Below are positions 55,121-64,000 of a stretch of DNA of 64,000 nucleotides, one piece after another. The stretch covers positions 85,386 to 149,385 of the forward strand of contig CAYJDM010000002.1 in the NCBI GenBank assembly GCA_964368945.1. The letters run 5' to 3'. Source of the stretch: an uncultured Candidatus Saccharibacteria bacterium (GTDB lineage Bacteria; Patescibacteriota; Minisyncoccia; Phycocordibacterales; CAIZLB01). Position numbers and translations under genes: made by a program. Below the pieces are notes generated by a model. That model was not told the origin of the DNA. It saw nothing but the letters and a program-made list of their open reading frames with translations, and searched no databases. How positions within the stretch are numbered: the stretch's first letter is position 1; each line of letters opens with the position of its first letter.

Positions 55121-58100
55121 ATGAAGGGGGAACATGTGATAAGATATTTACTAATGGAACACGAACTCGCTCCTTCGCATTCATATGAAGGAAAACAATT
55201 TCGCAATGCCGAAGAGGAATTGGCGTATTTGCGGCAAGTGATTGTCGAGAAGGAGGCGCGCATCGCAGCCGATACAGAGCGACGCGCTCAGGAATATCAA
55301 AAGCTCGGCATAAATCCGGCGGAGACCATCGACGGCGCGCCGATGACAGCAGAAGGCCGCGAAAAAATGATTGCTGCAGAAGTGGCGCACTATACGAAGC
55401 AGGATGCTGATCGCGTTTTGCATGAGCATTTCGCCATGCCTGCCGAGCATGCAAAGGACGCCGCTGCCGCGATGAATGCAGAACTAGGGCAAGCCATCAA
55501 TCAGGAAATCACTCTCGAGCTTTCTCCTGATGCCGATGATAAGCGCATCGAGGCTCTCATACCGCGCATGTATAGCGAGGGCATTCTCAATACCATTCAG
55601 GTCGTGCGCAATATGAACGACCCTCACCTTGAGGATGATTTTCATCGTTTCCTCACCCAGTATGTGAAGCAGGGTCTGCCGACGCCCGGCCTCAAGGAGA
55701 CAATGCCGGAAGCGAAGGCTTTGCATAAGACCCTCTATGAGGTTTCGCTCCCCGAAGCTGATGCTGAGAAAGAAGGCCAGAAGCGCACGCTCAAGGAAAT
55801 CATCTCGTCGATGGAACAGTTCTATTCAGGCATGCTTTCTGTGGATGATCAATTCGCGATAGAGCTCGCTGTCTCGGAGGGGAGCGAGGAATTCGTCTTT
55901 TATGTTTCGGTGCCGGATGCGACGAAATCGCTTTTTGAGAAGCAGTTCTTGGGGATTTTTCCAGATGCGAAGGTGATGGAGAAAAAAGACGATTACAATA
56001 TCTATAACCCGGACGGCGTATCAATGGCATCGGAGGCGCAGTATGCGCGCAATGCGATTTATCCTATAAAAAACTATGCGGAATTCGATTTCGATCCGCT
56101 CAATGTCGTGCTCAATACGTTTTCTCAGATACGACGCGATGGGGAAGGCGCCGCGATCCAGATCGTCCTCAACCCAAAGAGCATCCATGGCCGCGATTAC
56201 TATACGAAGGAATATAAGCAGGCTCTCGATGAGATCCAGAAGGGAACCAAGGTCAAAGATGCCATCGATATTCGGCATACGCTCCTCGGCAAATTCGGCA
56301 AGGCAGTAGGCGAGATTGGCAAAGGGGTAGCCGAAGAGTTTTCTCCATTGAAAAAATCAGACGAGCAGAAAGCCAAAGAAAAGGAAAAAAAGATCGAGCA
56401 GGGCAAAACGGTCGACCAGATCGCCGTCGATCAGATCACATCAAAGATCTCCTCGCCAATCGTCGAGGTCAATGTGCGCCTCGTTGCATCCGCGCCGAAT
56501 CGAGAGAGGGCAGAGCGCATCCTCTCGGAGCTCGAATCGTCTTTCAATCAATTCGATAATTCACTGGGCAATGCCATCAAGTTCGGCCGGCCGAAAAGCG
56601 TAGGCGATATTCGCGGCTTGCTCCATAAGTTCACATTCCGCCTCTTTGATGAAGGCTCTGCTTTGCCCATGTCGATTCGCGAGCTCAATACCATGATGCA
56701 TTTCCCTGGCGATAGCATCACTGCCCAGCCTCAGCTCAAGCAGAATAAGGCCAATACTGCGCCTGTTCCTATGGGCTTGCCAGAAGGAGGCCTCTATCTC
56801 GGCACGAACAATCATAGAAATCTGCGCACGAAGGTGTATACGACGCCGGAAGACCGCCTCCGCCACTTCTATGTAATCGGACAGACCGGTACTGGAAAGT
56901 CGACCATGCTTCGAAATATGATCATCCAGGATATTCAGGCTGGAAACGGAGTCTGCTTCATCGATCCGCATGGTTCGGATGTCCAGGATATTTTGGCCCA
57001 TATTCCCAAGGAGCGCTTCGATGATGTCATTTATTTCGATCCGAGCTATACGGAGCGGCCGATGGCTTTGAATATGCTCGAATATAATCGCGCATATCCT
57101 GAGCAGAAGACATTCGTGGTGAATGAGCTTTTCTCTATTTTCCAAAAACTATATGGCGGGGTGCCGGAATCCATGGGTCCGATGTTCGAGCAGTATTTCC
57201 GAAATGCCACGATGCTCGTCATCGAGGATCCGGATAGCGGCTGCACATTGCTCGATGTATCGCGCGTGATGTCAGACAAGAAATTCCGAGATCTCAAGAT
57301 CGCGAATTGCAAGAATCCTATTGTCGTTCAGTTCTGGCGAGAGATTGCCGAGAAGGCAGGCGGGGAAGGGGCATTGGCCAATATGGTTCCGTATATCACC
57401 AGCAAATTCGACGTATTCCTCGCGAACGATATCATGCGGCCCATCATCGCGCAGGAGAAGTCCAGCTTCAATTTCCGCGAGATCATGGATGGCAAGAAGA
57501 TCCTGCTCGTGAATCTGGCGAAGGGTCGCTTGGGCGATATCAACTCGTCTTTGATCGGTCTCATTCTCGTGGGCAAAATCCTCATGGCCGCCCTTTCACG
57601 AGTGGACTCTTTCGGCACGAATATGAATCCTTTTTATCTCTATATCGACGAATTCCAAAACATCACCACGCCATCGATCGCAACGATTCTCTCTGAAGCC
57701 CGCAAATACAAGCTCTCGCTCACCATGGCGCATCAGTTCATCGCTCAGCTAGACGACAGCATCAAGGATGCCGTATTCGGAAATGTCGGCTCTATGGCCG
57801 TCTTCCGCGTCGGTGCCGAGGATGCCGAAGTTCTCCAGAAGCAATTCGAGCCTGTCTTCAAGGCCAATGACATCATGAATATCGACAATATGAATTGCTA
57901 TATCAAGATGCTTTCGCATGGCAAGCCTGTGCGGCCTTTCAATATCGAATTCACTTGGCCGGATCATGGCAACGAGGCGATCGTGCCGAGCCTCAAGGAA
58001 TTGTCTTATCTCAAATATGGCAAAGATCGCGCCATCGTCGATGCGGCCATCATACTCAAATACAAGAAGAGCGAGCCTCTGGTGCCTCCGACACCGGTGA

Positions 58101-58180
58101 GGCCTGCCGTGCCTCAAGCGCCAGCGCCGACGCCTCCTCCTGCGGTGCCTACAACAGCCGATATGACGCCAAAAGCCTAA
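55121..58180 (+). CDS. FtsK/HerA/VirD4-superfamily P-loop ATPase (type IV coupling-protein-like), with an N-terminal soluble domain of about 600 aa and a Pro-rich C-terminus.
   Basis: Walker A VIGQTGTGKST. Walker B LYIDEFQN. Arg/Gln motif ARKYKLSLTMAHQFIAQL. No TM helix. Tail PLVPPTPVRPAVPQAPAPTPPP. Start chosen at MKGEH after a GAGGA. Confidence 0.6.
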   Translation: MKGEHVIRYLLMEHELAPSHSYEGKQFRNAEEELAYLRQVIVEKEARIAADTERRAQEYQKLGINPAETIDGAPMTAEGREKMIAAEVAHYTKQDADRVLHEHFAMPAEHAKDAAAAMNAELGQAINQEITLELSPDADDKRIEALIPRMYSEGILNTIQVVRNMNDPHLEDDFHRFLTQYVKQGLPTPGLKETMPEAKALHKTLYEVSLPEADAEKEGQKRTLKEIISSMEQFYSGMLSVDDQFAIELAVSEGSEEFVFYVSVPDATKSLFEKQFLGIFPDAKVMEKKDDYNIYNPDGVSMASEAQYARNAIYPIKNYAEFDFDPLNVVLNTFSQIRRDGEGAAIQIVLNPKSIHGRDYYTKEYKQALDEIQKGTKVKDAIDIRHTLLGKFGKAVGEIGKGVAEEFSPLKKSDEQKAKEKEKKIEQGKTVDQIAVDQITSKISSPIVEVNVRLVASAPNRERAERILSELESSFNQFDNSLGNAIKFGRPKSVGDIRGLLHKFTFRLFDEGSALPMSIRELNTMMHFPGDSITAQPQLKQNKANTAPVPMGLPEGGLYLGTNNHRNLRTKVYTTPEDRLRHFYVIGQTGTGKSTMLRNMIIQDIQAGNGVCFIDPHGSDVQDILAHIPKERFDDVIYFDPSYTERPMALNMLEYNRAYPEQKTFVVNELFSIFQKLYGGVPESMGPMFEQYFRNATMLVIEDPDSGCTLLDVSRVMSDKKFRDLKIANCKNPIVVQFWREIAEKAGGEGALANMVPYITSKFDVFLANDIMRPIIAQEKSSFNFREIMDGKKILLVNLAKGRLGDINSSLIGLILVGKILMAALSRVDSFGTNMNPFYLYIDEFQNITTPSIATILSEARKYKLSLTMAHQFIAQLDDSIKDAVFGNVGSMAVFRVGAEDAEVLQKQFEPVFKANDIMNIDNMNCYIKMLSHGKPVRPFNIEFTWPDHGNEAIVPSLKELSYLKYGKDRAIVDAAIILKYKKSEPLVPPTPVRPAVPQAPAPTPPPAVPTTADMTPKA

Positions 58181-58263
58181 TCCAGGCCTCCGCATCGCCG
58201 CCACATCATCCCGCTCTGCTCATCTTGGGCGGGTGGGATTTTGATATATACTTAAGGCCATCT

Positions 58264-60705
58264 ATGAACCGAGACATATCGTCGCTTACTGACATCGAAT
58301 CCGGCCTATCCTCGGCATATGCGCATGCCCATCGCCCCAAGAAGCGCAGGAAAGCCGATAGCGATGCCTACGAGGCCTATAGGGTGCTGGTAAATCAGAT
58401 GCGGTCCATATTCTTCGTATTGCTGCTTGTTTCGGCCGTGCTCTCTTTTTATCTAGGAAATCATACGGATGCATATATCTTCATAATCCTGAACGCGCTC
58501 AATGTGCTCGTAGGATTCGTGCAGGAGTTCAAGGCTTCTAAAGCGAGCAAGACCTTGGCCAAAATGATCAAGCATAGGGTGACCGTCATTCGCGATGGCA
58601 AGAAAGCGCAGATCGATCATGATGATGTGGTCGCGGGCGATATCGTCTTTCCCGTGCATGGCAATGTGCTCGTGGCGGATCTGTATGTGCGAGAAAGCAT
58701 CGACGCTTTCGTTGACGAATCATTGCTCACGGGCGAAAGCCTGCCGCGCTCGATTGCAGCGGGCGATACCGCATATGCCGGCACCAGCGTGGTGGGCGGA
58801 CGATTCATAGGGCAGGTCATAGCGGCGGGGGAGGAAAGCTCGCTCATGCAATATGGCAAGGCGCTCCGCAATATCCAGAAGGACAATGACTTTGCGCGCT
58901 TCGTAAAGAAAGTCAGCGCCTATATCCTTTTCATTACCCTCGCTTGTCTCGTCCTGATCGCGATATATGCCGTATTCGTCGAGGGCAAATATACATCGAC
59001 TGCATTCATCCTGTTCGCCATCTCGATGCTCATAGGAGTGGTGCCCGAGTCGTTGTCCCTGATCATCACATTGATGCTGACGCGAGAGGCAATCATCCTT
59101 TCTCGCGAAGGAGTTATCGTAAAAAGCCTGCCGGCGCTCCAGCAGCTCGGCTCGATCAGATATCTTTTGACCGACAAGACGGGCACGATTACGGAAAATG
59201 CCATCCGCCTCGTCGATACATTCGATCTCAAAGGGTTGAAGTCGGTGATATCGCTCGTATCGACTGCGGAATATGAGCGCACTCCGATGGATCAGGCATT
59301 CGATGATGCTCTTCGCGATAAGGTGACGAGCGAGATTTCTGCCGATACCGCCGTCTATGATTTGATGCCCAAAAAACCGATCGTCACGCCATTCACGAAT
59401 AATGCCGGATATGCCTCATTTGATTTCGGCACTTCCATAGTTCGACGCGGACAGTTTTATTCAATATTGAATAGCTCGATAGGACTGAGCGAAACCGAAA
59501 AGAATAAGCTCGAAACCCTCTATATCGAATATGAATCAAAAGGATTGCGCATCCTGGCATTCGGCAGCGCGCCTGTCTATGTCGATCCAACGGGCCGCCG
59601 CAAGAATGGCGAAGACGAGCTGCTATTCTCATTCAGCGGCTTCGCCGTATTCGAGGATCCTCTCAAGGCTGATGCAGCGGATTCATTCAAGGAAGCGGAA
59701 GGGCTCGGAATCAATGTCAAAATTCTGACCGGAGATTCCGTTCTCGTTTCCAAATATGTGGCCAAGAAGCTCGATCCGAATCTCACAGATGATGCGGTAG
59801 AGGAATTGGGCAAGGGCGTCGATATGCCCGCATACGCTGAAAGCGAAATCGAGGAGAATCGCGTTTATGCGCGCTGCATGCCGGAGCAGAAACTCGAATT
59901 GATCAATCGGCATATCCCTTATGGCGCAGTCGGATTCCTGGGAGAGGGAATCAATGATGCCCTTGCATTGAAGCGCGCGGATGTTGGCATCGTAGTTACC
60001 AATGCCAGCGATGTCGGCCGCCAGTCCGCCGATATTCTTTTGACAGAAAAAAGCCTCAATCCCATAATCAAAGCCATCCAGCTGAGCCGTCATGCCTATG
60101 CGCATATCTCCACATATCTGCTCTGTACGCTTACGGGAAATGTCGGAACCTTGATCTCGATCACGCTGGTCGCCATGTTCTGGACCGATCTGCCTATGCT
60201 GCCAATTCAGATCCTGCTCAATAATCTCCTCACGGATGTGCCGCTCATTTTCCTGATTACTGATCGCTTGGCGAAAGAGCAATATGATAAGCCTATCGAG
60301 AATATCGCCAGCGACTTCTTCAAGACGATTTTCGTATTCGGCTTCATCAGCTCGGTCTTCGATATCATTTATTTCTATATGTTCAAAGATCTGCCGCTCG
60401 AAGTGCTCCGAACGGGCTGGTTCATCTTTAGCGTGACATGCGAGCTTGCTCTCGTTTTCTCTCTGCGCACGAAGCTATCTATGTTCAAGGGACCAAGGAT
60501 GTCAAAGCCTCTCACAGCCGCTATCGCGCTCTCTGGACTCGCGGCATTCCTCTTCATGTATGTTCCCGGATTGAATGCCAAGCTCGCTCTGGTGCCTATC
60601 GATGGCCCTCATATCGCTACGATACTCGGCCTGACCGTCGTCTATATGATAGCCAATGAGATCTATAAATTCGCCAAGAGACGGGGAAGGCAAGCAAGGG
60701 CTTAA
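58264..60705 (+). CDS. P-type cation-transporting ATPase.
   Basis: TGES (LTGESLP), DKTGTIT phosphorylation site, TGD (ILTGDS) and GEGINDALALKRADVGI (GDGxND). TM4 carries PESL. Confidence 0.8.
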   Translation: MNRDISSLTDIESGLSSAYAHAHRPKKRRKADSDAYEAYRVLVNQMRSIFFVLLLVSAVLSFYLGNHTDAYIFIILNALNVLVGFVQEFKASKASKTLAKMIKHRVTVIRDGKKAQIDHDDVVAGDIVFPVHGNVLVADLYVRESIDAFVDESLLTGESLPRSIAAGDTAYAGTSVVGGRFIGQVIAAGEESSLMQYGKALRNIQKDNDFARFVKKVSAYILFITLACLVLIAIYAVFVEGKYTSTAFILFAISMLIGVVPESLSLIITLMLTREAIILSREGVIVKSLPALQQLGSIRYLLTDKTGTITENAIRLVDTFDLKGLKSVISLVSTAEYERTPMDQAFDDALRDKVTSEISADTAVYDLMPKKPIVTPFTNNAGYASFDFGTSIVRRGQFYSILNSSIGLSETEKNKLETLYIEYESKGLRILAFGSAPVYVDPTGRRKNGEDELLFSFSGFAVFEDPLKADAADSFKEAEGLGINVKILTGDSVLVSKYVAKKLDPNLTDDAVEELGKGVDMPAYAESEIEENRVYARCMPEQKLELINRHIPYGAVGFLGEGINDALALKRADVGIVVTNASDVGRQSADILLTEKSLNPIIKAIQLSRHAYAHISTYLLCTLTGNVGTLISITLVAMFWTDLPMLPIQILLNNLLTDVPLIFLITDRLAKEQYDKPIENIASDFFKTIFVFGFISSVFDIIYFYMFKDLPLEVLRTGWFIFSVTCELALVFSLRTKLSMFKGPRMSKPLTAAIALSGLAAFLFMYVPGLNAKLALVPIDGPHIATILGLTVVYMIANEIYKFAKRRGRQARA

Positions 60706-60746
60706 AGCCCGACATTCCCTGCGGGTTTCTATCAATTCGCCACTGG

Positions 60747-60755
60747 TGGTATCAT
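60747..60755 (+). promoter_or_regulatory. Extended -10 promoter TGgTATCAT, 6 nt upstream of the ndk ATG (leaderless).
   Basis: TG at -15/-14 and hexamer TATCAT at 60750-60755. ATG at 60762. Confidence 0.45.
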
Positions 60756-60761
60756 GAGCGT

Positions 60762-61361
60762 ATGAATAAGCACCATAAATTCGAACGGACGCTGGTCATC
60801 ATCAAGCCTGATGGCATTCAGCGGTCTTTGATAGGAGAAATCATCAATCGCTATGAGCGAATCGGCCTCAAGCTCGTAGGAATCAAGATGATGATACCTA
60901 CTCGCGAAATGGTAGAAAAGCACTATACCCTCGATCCGGAATGGAAGCGGCTCGTTGGCGAAAAGCGCCTCAAGGCGGCCCCAGATGGCCATCTCGATGG
61001 AGAAAATGATCCTGTCAAAATCGGCGAAGCGGTCCTGGCCGTTCTCGCCAACTATCTCACTGCCGGTCCCGTCATCGCCATGGTCTGGCAGGGCGCCCAT
61101 GCCGTCTCTGTCGTCCGCAAGGTGACCGGAGGCACTGAGCCTCGCATGAGCGATATCGGCACGATTCGCGGTGATTTCATGCTCGACTCATATGAGATGT
61201 CCGAAGTCGATTCTCGCGCCGTTCGCAATCTCGTTCATGCCTCTGGCTCGGTCAAGGAGGCGGAGGATGAGATCGCGCATTGGTTCGATGGTGCCGAGCT
61301 TTTCGATTATCGAATCGTTCAAGAGCAGATCTTGTACGAGAAGGATATGGGGATTTTGTAA
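60762..61361 (+). CDS. ndk: Nucleoside diphosphate kinase (long form with insertion).
   Basis: ERTLVIIKPDGIQR. Active-site region NLVHASGSVKEAEDEIAHWF (NxxHGSDS...E.EI..WF pattern). Confidence 0.8.
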   Translation: MNKHHKFERTLVIIKPDGIQRSLIGEIINRYERIGLKLVGIKMMIPTREMVEKHYTLDPEWKRLVGEKRLKAAPDGHLDGENDPVKIGEAVLAVLANYLTAGPVIAMVWQGAHAVSVVRKVTGGTEPRMSDIGTIRGDFMLDSYEMSEVDSRAVRNLVHASGSVKEAEDEIAHWFDGAELFDYRIVQEQILYEKDMGIL

Positions 61362-61390
61362 AAAATAAATAGCGAAACGAAAAACAAAAC

Positions 61391-61432
61391 AGCGCCTGGT
61401 TCCACGAGTGGGAACCAGGCGCTTTGCGTTCT
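61391..61432. terminator. Bidirectional terminator between the convergent ndk and the minus-strand hypothetical gene.
   Basis: AAAACAAAAC, then AGCGCCTGGTTCCCAC-gag-GTGGGAACCAGGCGCT, then TTGCGTT. Confidence 0.7.
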
Positions 61433-61447
61433 CGCCGATAAGGCGAA

Positions 61448-62644
61448 TCAGTCAGCCGATTGCAGCATTAGGACAGTCATGTCCAGGTCTCGCACGAGGC
61501 CTTGAAGCCTGCGAAGCTCAGTAAGCGCCGCTTGCCGGTCCTCTTTGCTGAGGCCCGGAATCAGACTCGTGTCCACCGTTAGCGAAGCGGCAGAAGACAG
61601 GCTCTTTGCCGAAGCGGTAAGCAGTCCGACGAATGTCTCGGTGGCCTTTTTTCGAGTTGCCCGGGTAATGGTAGAGCGTCCGTTATTGCTGCCGGATCCT
61701 GTGCCTGTGCCGGTCATGGCATTTTCTTTTGCAGCATCGCCTGCTTGCTCACCAACTCTGAGGAGCTTGAGGGCGTTTGCTTCGAGATTGCTGCCAGGGC
61801 CAGTGAGGCGGGTTTCGGCAACGCGTTGCGCATTCTGTTTTCCGTGCGCGACAATGGCGTCATCGAGGATTTTTGCTGATTCGTGTGCGGACTTGGCGAG
61901 CCCCATATTCTTGGCGACTTCGAATTGTTTGTCCTTGGGGATCTGAGCGAGCAGGAGGCCGTCCCTTTTCGGTAGATGTCCTTCCTGACCCCTCTTCATG
62001 TAAAGCCGCGGCTTTACGCCTTCGTGCAGGAGAGAAAGGGTGTAGAATTCTTTGGCGACCTCAGGCTTTACGGCGAGGAACGTTGCCAGGTATTTCATTG
62101 CATCGTCGATCCCGTCATTGTCCTCGTCAGCATTTCTGTGCCTTTTGATTATTCCGCCTGCGACTTTTTCCATCCAGACCACCTTGTCTTGAAGAGTGAG
62201 GGGTCTGCTGGAGTTGTCGAGAGCGGCGTACAGAAGGGCGTTGCTCGGATTGATATCCGGATCATAGCGAACCCAGTGCTCGTGAATTTCAGCGCCTCGA
62301 AGCGATTTGGAGCGGTTAGCTCCACCGCAGCTGAGAAGCGGTCTGGTTGCATTCAAGTTCGGATTTAAAAAGACCGGGTATGCGCTCTTCTGTCCGATCT
62401 TTTTCATACTTCCGGTCATGCCTTCGATGTCTTCATTCGGCAGAGGCACTACGCGAACCTGGTGGTTCTCATCGTGGCCGATCAGACTTGACGAAACCAT
62501 GATGACGCACGCCTTATTCGGATTAAAGCCCGGAATCGCGGCAAGTAGAATCTTGTCGCGCGGATTCTTTGACGGATCGAGCGCTATCGGTTTTCTTTCG
62601 CCGGATTTTGCACCAGTAATGAGTTCGGGTCGACGGTCTGACAT
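61448..62644 (-). CDS. Hypothetical protein (398 aa) with a C-terminal coiled-coil.
   Basis: ATG at 62642-62644 (minus strand), preceded by AAAGGA at a 6-nt spacing. No confident domain assignment. The longer table ORF extends upstream without RBS support. Confidence 0.45.
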   Translation of the reverse strand: MSDRRPELITGAKSGERKPIALDPSKNPRDKILLAAIPGFNPNKACVIMVSSSLIGHDENHQVRVVPLPNEDIEGMTGSMKKIGQKSAYPVFLNPNLNATRPLLSCGGANRSKSLRGAEIHEHWVRYDPDINPSNALLYAALDNSSRPLTLQDKVVWMEKVAGGIIKRHRNADEDNDGIDDAMKYLATFLAVKPEVAKEFYTLSLLHEGVKPRLYMKRGQEGHLPKRDGLLLAQIPKDKQFEVAKNMGLAKSAHESAKILDDAIVAHGKQNAQRVAETRLTGPGSNLEANALKLLRVGEQAGDAAKENAMTGTGTGSGSNNGRSTITRATRKKATETFVGLLTASAKSLSSAASLTVDTSLIPGLSKEDRQAALTELRRLQGLVRDLDMTVLMLQSAD

Positions 62645-62896
62645 GTGGATCCTTTCTGCCGTTTTAAGCGGCATTTTTTTTGGCTGACTGAATGTAAACC
62701 GAACCTTGATCGTCCTTTGCCTCCCCAATCTTTCGAACTGAGTCGGCGCGGGCAAGAGACGGAGTAGGACTGTTCCTGACCTAACGATAGTTCCAAATAT
62801 GAGGCTGGTCAATGACGGTTCGCGCTTTTCTGTGGGCAAGATGAAGTTTGGGTGAGGAAAGGGCATATATAGTAACAGCTTTTGCGTATTGTAAAG

Positions 62897-62924
62897 GTTG
62901 TAAAGTACGGGTTGCGGGTATAAT
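62897..62924 (+). promoter_or_regulatory. Promoter GTTGTA-16-TATAAT, driving the candidate sRNA.
   Basis: Perfect TATAAT at 62919-62924. Confidence 0.45.
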
Positions 62925-62930
62925 GGACTC

Positions 62931-63143
62931 AGGTGGTCTTTATATCCATCTATCTAAATTTTTTAAAAGGGATGCCCGAGGGTGACATAGCCATCCAGCT
63001 TTGTACACGGTCCGAACAGACCTTGGTCTGCTCGGCAGGGAACCCACCTAGCATTCATTTCTAGGTTGGATATACGGACCGCCTATTGCAAAACCCATCA
63101 TTCAGCTGCTGCTGCGTGATGGGTTTTGCTTTATTTGCTTTAT
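62931..63143 (+). ncRNA. Candidate small RNA of about 200 nt, bounded by a consensus -10 promoter and a strong terminator. Family unknown.
   Basis: No ORF. The terminator is GCAAAACCCATCA-loop16-TGATGGGTTTTGC followed by TTTATTTGCTTTAT. Internal helices include GGTCCGAACAGACC and CAGACCTTGGTCTG. Confidence 0.35.
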
Positions 63144-63151
63144 CCAAAAAA

Positions 63152-63179
63152 TTGATCAAAACTTAATGTTCGTTATATT
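63152..63179 (+). promoter_or_regulatory. Promoter TTGATC-16-TATATT, ending 9 nt before ATG 63189 (leaderless).
   Basis: Read directly. The table ATG at 63180 abuts the -10, so the downstream ATG is preferred. Confidence 0.35.
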
Positions 63180-63188
63180 ATGGTATCC

Positions 63189-63596
63189 ATGATCACCTTC
63201 AAGAATATGGGAACCGAATCAATACGAAAGCCGATATATCTCGGGGTGGTGATTGTCACTATCGTTATCGCCCTGCATGCGGGCGCCAGCTATTTCGGCT
63301 GGTATTGGATATTCCGCTGGTTCGATATACCGATGCATATCCTCGGCGGCGTATTCGCCGGATATGTGGGCATGGTTGTCTATATGTTCCGCACTGGCCG
63401 CAAGAATCCGTCATTGTGGGTTCCTCTGCTCTCGGCGCTCGTCATAGGCATAGCATGGGAATTTCTCGAGAATGCCTATGGAGTGTCGGGACTCAATGCG
63501 GTGTATCGATTCGATACCATCAAGGATATCGTGGACGATATGATGGGAGGAGTCATCTCGCTGGCACTCTGGGATTTTTTCATCTATAAAAAATAA
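63189..63596 (+). CDS. Small integral membrane protein (hypothetical, about 135 aa, 4 TM helices).
   Basis: Hydrophobic helices: VVIVTIVIALHAG, MHILGGVFAGYVGMVVYMF, LWVPLLSALVIGIAW, GGVISLALWDFFIY. Confidence 0.5.
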   Translation: MITFKNMGTESIRKPIYLGVVIVTIVIALHAGASYFGWYWIFRWFDIPMHILGGVFAGYVGMVVYMFRTGRKNPSLWVPLLSALVIGIAWEFLENAYGVSGLNAVYRFDTIKDIVDDMMGGVISLALWDFFIYKK

Positions 63597-63653
63597 CAGC
63601 AAAAGCAGCCGCAACAACTGCCAAAAGACGAGAAATAGAATACAATAGATCCA

Positions 63654-64000
63654 ATGAAAACATCCAAGAATGCTCAGACAGACAAGAACGATAAGGGCGC
63701 GCATGCGGAGCCCTTCCTCAAGCTCAAATTCTGCGGCGGGGTAGGGACGACTACGGGCGCGAACTTCCTGCTTACGGGATTGCGCCAAGATCATGGTACT
63801 CATAAATCTGGCGATGAGGCATCCGCTCATGGCGCCGATTCGCATTTCCGAATTCTCATAGACTGCGGACTGGAGCAGGGTGAAGGGCATGATAATGGCC
63901 GCGAATCATCGGATTTCAATCGAAGCTCTTTTCCATATGACCCAACGACAATCGACATCCTCCTTGTCACGCATGCGCATACGGATCATATAGGCCGAAT
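63654..64000 (+). CDS. MBL-fold metallo-hydrolase, N-terminal part. It runs off the 3' window edge and is not in the ORF table for that reason.
   Basis: Frame open from ATG 63654 to the end of the window. FCGGVGTTTGANFLL...ILIDCGLEQG...IDILLVTHAHTDHIGR gives the HxHxDH motif. Confidence 0.55.
   Translation, partial: MKTSKNAQTDKNDKGAHAEPFLKLKFCGGVGTTTGANFLLTGLRQDHGTHKSGDEASAHGADSHFRILIDCGLEQGEGHDNGRESSDFNRSSFPYDPTTIDILLVTHAHTDHIGR

Noticed and set aside
62931-63143. SRP RNA or tmRNA identity for the sRNA candidate
   Set aside because: No SRP domain IV signature (GGAAGCAGCCA with GNRA loop) and no tmRNA T-arm, CCA end or tag reading frame are recognisable. The family is left open.
63411-63890. 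159-aa minus-strand ORF
   Set aside because: It overlaps both the plus-strand membrane protein and the plus-strand MBL-fold gene, which carries a clear HxHxDH motif. It is judged an antisense artefact.
1-64000. CRISPR arrays, diversity-generating retroelements, transposases or integrases
   Set aside because: No direct-repeat and spacer periodicity was seen. No reverse-transcriptase, Cas, transposase (DDE) or integrase (tyrosine or serine recombinase) signatures occur in any ORF. The islands therefore lack an identifiable mobility gene within the window.

Overview
The window looks like a compact, streptophyte-free bacterial chromosome segment, most likely from a Patescibacteria/CPR-like lineage. 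That placement is inference, resting on three observations: trigger factor lacks the PPIase domain, ribosomal protein L30 is absent between rpsE and rplO, and there is a type-Z S14. The genetic code appears standard, since long uninterrupted ORFs such as fusA and secY contain no UGA. Leading-strand content runs as follows. A partial LivK-like binding protein is followed by tig, ppaC and nusA on the minus strand. Next comes a type IV pilus and competence block: pilB, pilC, three prepilin-type pilins and a 595-aa PilX-like protein. This is followed by tpiA-pgk, a HIT protein, recJ, rnhA, comEC (N-terminal and channel part), sodA on the minus strand, a separate ComEC-type MBL domain gene, rpmB and an M50 site-2 protease. 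The core translation cluster then follows: rpsL-rpsG, a 1076-aa surface protein, fusA, a 3.5-kb minus-strand island (Dam-like hypothetical, pyrF, pyrE), tuf, and rpsJ-rplC-rplD-rplW-rplB. Between rplB and rpsS sits a roughly 3.9-kb GC-richer island encoding a PEP-CTERM protein and a proline-rich lipoprotein. The cluster resumes with rpsS through rplO, secY and adk, then two secreted repeat proteins and map. After map comes an 830-bp GC-rich ORF-free region, a 1019-aa FtsK/HerA/VirD4-superfamily ATPase, a P-type cation ATPase, ndk, a minus-strand hypothetical, a promoter/terminator-bounded roughly 200-nt sRNA candidate, a small membrane protein and a partial MBL-fold hydrolase. The most unusual items are: the PEP-CTERM/lipoprotein island splitting the S10 operon; the pyrE/pyrF island splitting fusA-tuf; a surface-protein gene splitting rpsG-fusA; a comEC split by sodA; an RNase HI carrying a C-terminal hybrid-binding-domain-like module; a family of extended-stem terminators; several apparently leaderless genes; and two candidate structured RNAs. 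No rRNA, tRNA, CRISPR array, transposase or integrase was seen. All calls are made by eye from sequence and motif knowledge. No database search was run.
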